From positions 186,001 through 250,000 of the IMG/VR virus record IMGVR_UViG_3300023174_002543: 64,000 nucleotides of DNA. One strand, 5' to 3'. Both the position numbers and the translations under genes were made by a program. Shown here piece after piece: positions 61,747-64,000 of this stretch. The first letter of the stretch is position 1; each line of letters opens with the position of its first letter. The notes beneath the pieces are model-generated. The model was not told the DNA's origin. It saw only the letters and a list, made by a program, of their open reading frames with translations, and ran no database searches.

Positions 61747-63318
61747 TTAGACTTCATTTAAGATTTTTTCCATCTCATCATCACTATCTTCTATCACTTC
61801 TTCAAATTCAACTTCTTCTGTATTTGCTTTTACTTCTTCAAACAATCCTGATTCTATGATAGAAATTGTATTAGTAGTTTTCTTACCACTCATACCTTGA
61901 CTACCGCTTTTAAATTGTTCCCATAACTTTTCATGTTTTTCAATTAAAGCAATTGATTCATCTTTAGTTTTACACGCAAATACTTGGTCAATGATATCTT
62001 TGAAAAGAATCTTTTCAAAACGCTGACTCATTAACATACTTGGAATTACACCTTGTTCATACTTACGATTAGCCTCTTGTACAGCATTCATGTGCATCCA
62101 AACATTATGACTTTGAATCAATGTATAACTCAATGTATCCCAACTTGTTTTAGTTTCTTTACCATGCTGACCTAAGAAACCTTGACCACGATAACACATA
62201 TCCTTAAGTACTAGTTTATCAGTTATTGGACTATCTGTAAAGACTTTATGGATACCTTCAGCCACAACTGCATCACTATATTTGCGAGTGTCATTTGCAT
62301 ACGACTTTTTCTCCGCAGTCTTTTCCATACTATATGACCACTTCTTGTTGTGTTCAATACTAGTATTAAAATATGCTAAGCCTTTTGCCGCGCCAAAGAA
62401 TGGGCTTGCACAATCAAATGTAATTTTGAGATTTGAGTTATGATATTTGCGTATTGCTTTTTGAATATCAGTAAATAATACCGCATACTCCATAATACTT
62501 GTACCCAAACAATGAATCAAATCGTGTTTTCCTGGTTGTAGTAAACCATCATGAATTATACCAACCATGCGTTTAAGCATTAACTCAACATCAATCTTAT
62601 TCTGTCCACCAAATGCCCAACCGTTAAAGTGATTGTCTGGATAGATATTTGGGTCACAATACTTTTTCATTTCTTCATACCAACTATCACTTTGTGTATG
62701 AGTACGACCTTGCAATACGTTTAAGAACTTACAACTACCATTGCGATTCTTAATGAAGTATTCATTATTGATATGTGTTGCTTTAATAGCATCTTCAATA
62801 GTTTTAATACCATGCGCTGATGTTTTAGTCTTTGGGTCTTGAATATGATAAGTTGTCAATGACTGTGAAGGAATATCTAAACACATACCGTAGTTCATGT
62901 ATGTATCCATCCATGTCAATACTTGTTGACGTTTCTTCATAGCACGGGGACAGTTAGGATCTTTCCAATCAGCGGGCCATTGTGCTTTAAGAATTTGGAA
63001 ACCACCTGAATCACCTAACATAAATGTGTTAGGGTCACGTTTACGAATAATTGATTCGTTATTGTCATCCTTAGTTACATCTAAGTTTGCATGACCTGCA
63101 CTATACAAGCCCCACTTATAATAGTAAAGACCTTTTTGTGCGTTTAAAAAGTTAAGACATTCAACATCACCATTGAACTGTGCAGGGATACGTGCAGCAT
63201 CAAAATAGTTCTCGCCTTCACGTTGTTTACCTAAGCCAGCAATATAAAAACTACTAATAGCAGGCAAGAATGTTGCCCACTCATCATTATGTTTTTGTGA
63301 TAAATTGTCTTGTTCCAT
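61747..63318 (-). CDS. dpdA: TGT-fold base-exchange enzyme (DpdA-like)
   Basis: GDSGGFQ, CLDIP, VLQG, WAFGG, HCLG and TFDCAS motifs; no CxCxxC zinc site; same locus as folE/queD/queE. Confidence 0.75.
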   Translation of the reverse strand: MEQDNLSQKHNDEWATFLPAISSFYIAGLGKQREGENYFDAARIPAQFNGDVECLNFLNAQKGLYYYKWGLYSAGHANLDVTKDDNNESIIRKRDPNTFMLGDSGGFQILKAQWPADWKDPNCPRAMKKRQQVLTWMDTYMNYGMCLDIPSQSLTTYHIQDPKTKTSAHGIKTIEDAIKATHINNEYFIKNRNGSCKFLNVLQGRTHTQSDSWYEEMKKYCDPNIYPDNHFNGWAFGGQNKIDVELMLKRMVGIIHDGLLQPGKHDLIHCLGTSIMEYAVLFTDIQKAIRKYHNSNLKITFDCASPFFGAAKGLAYFNTSIEHNKKWSYSMEKTAEKKSYANDTRKYSDAVVAEGIHKVFTDSPITDKLVLKDMCYRGQGFLGQHGKETKTSWDTLSYTLIQSHNVWMHMNAVQEANRKYEQGVIPSMLMSQRFEKILFKDIIDQVFACKTKDESIALIEKHEKLWEQFKSGSQGMSGKKTTNTISIIESGLFEEVKANTEEVEFEEVIEDSDDEMEKILNEV

Positions 63319-63707
63319 TAGCTTCCCATCATTTCTACTGGCTCATTACCTGGACTCTTAATAAGGGTTCTAATCATTTTGATTTGGTATTTTTTCTTTT
63401 CAATATCATTAACTAAGTCTTTGATACTAGGATGTTCTTGGGCTAATGCTTGTAATTCAAGTTCTTCAATACGTTTTTGTCTAGCCCAGTCAAGTAGACT
63501 TTCTGCTTCACCCGTGAGTCCTATGCTTGGCATAGCCATATTAAGCATGACCCAATTACTACCATCAAACACTTCCATATTTTGCGAACTAGTATTGTAT
63601 CGCATGTTACCCACACCTTGCAATCCTGAGTGCCCATTTACATAGGTACTAGCTATAGAATTGGTAACTGTTATATAACGCCCGAATGGTGTAATACTCT
63701 TAATCAT
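63318..63707 (-). CDS. Hypothetical protein
   Basis: G.MRYN....MEVFDG..W followed by a helical C-terminus. Confidence 0.6.
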   Translation of the reverse strand: MIKSITPFGRYITVTNSIASTYVNGHSGLQGVGNMRYNTSSQNMEVFDGSNWVMLNMAMPSIGLTGEAESLLDWARQKRIEELELQALAQEHPSIKDLVNDIEKKKYQIKMIRTLIKSPGNEPVEMMGS

Positions 63708-64000
63708 TTTGTGTGTGCTGGCAATAAGTAACTGTAATTAGCAAGACCGCTATCAACTGTAATCTCTAATGCACCTGCACCATTGATACGGAATACTTTG
63801 TCACCGGGAAGATTCAAAATACTGATTACATGCGTAATAGGCCACTTGAGTTTCTTTGACAATGAACCAGTAACACCACTTTGGAATACAAAATTACCAT
63901 TGTGTGTACTTACATCACCGAAGTCAAAATACAAATTACCATTTGCAATACGTGTTGCAAATGTTTCTTCTTCGCTATGCACCTGTGATTGTTTCTTTAG
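63704..64000 (-). CDS. Partial probable DNA polymerase sliding clamp (gp45-like), C-terminus
   Basis: GA..ITVDSG...Y.Y.LPA ending typical of jumbo-phage clamp homologues; runs off the window. Confidence 0.55.
   Translation of the reverse strand, partial: LKKQSQVHSEEETFATRIANGNLYFDFGDVSTHNGNFVFQSGVTGSLSKKLKWPITHVISILNLPGDKVFRINGAGALEITVDSGLANYSYLLPAHTK

Noticed and set aside
61747-63318. Canonical tRNA-guanine transglycosylase for queuosine
   Set aside because: It lacks the zinc site and typical bacterial Tgt length and motifs. No queC/queF/queA is in the window, and it sits beside a replication gene, so a DNA- or nucleotide-level role is more likely.
1-64000. Stop-codon reassignment, tRNA genes, introns or inteins
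   Set aside because: Conserved genes are full length in the standard code and use all three stop codons. I saw no cloverleaf or splicing motifs by eye, although tRNAscan/Infernal were not run.

Overview
This is an AT-rich (roughly one-third GC by eye), densely coding fragment of a large T4-like or jumbo myovirus genome, almost all on the minus strand. DnaK, ErpA and ClpXP look proteobacterial, so the host is probably a Gram-negative proteobacterium, possibly a freshwater betaproteobacterium. From left to right: (1) 1-9 kb holds late virion-associated genes, including multi-domain proteins with an MRA(S/T)EFITEA leader and QG-[VI]-x-E linkers, plus SOD, ErpA, an autotransporter-like protein and a LamG protein. 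(2) 9-20 kb holds IF-1, nucleotide-pool enzymes, ClpP, a nuclease-like protein and SprT. (3) 21.5-26 kb is a clpX-rpsU-dnaK-hsp20-clpS operon with ROSE-like leaders. (4) 26-34 kb holds lipoproteins, DNA ligase and an SPFH protein. (5) 34-39 kb is an early region built from six near-identical sigma70 promoter/RBS cassettes. (6) 43-49 kb holds RNase H, a GIY-YIG endonuclease, a DNA methyltransferase and UvsE. (7) 49-64 kb is a 7-deazaguanine DNA-modification locus (folE, queD, queE, DpdA/TGT-like, DpdL-like, with no queC in the window) interleaved with two glycosyltransferases, Ugd, an epimerase, a cytidylyltransferase, a class II aldolase and a DfrB/R67 homologue, ending at a probable sliding clamp. 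The best candidates for undescribed biology are the deazaguanine-plus-sugar locus containing DfrB, the putative protease-processed capsid-cargo polyproteins, and a leaderless-mRNA and RNA-hairpin regulatory architecture. All family calls come from motif recognition by eye; no database search was run. Several starts were moved from the ORF track to the more plausible ATG.
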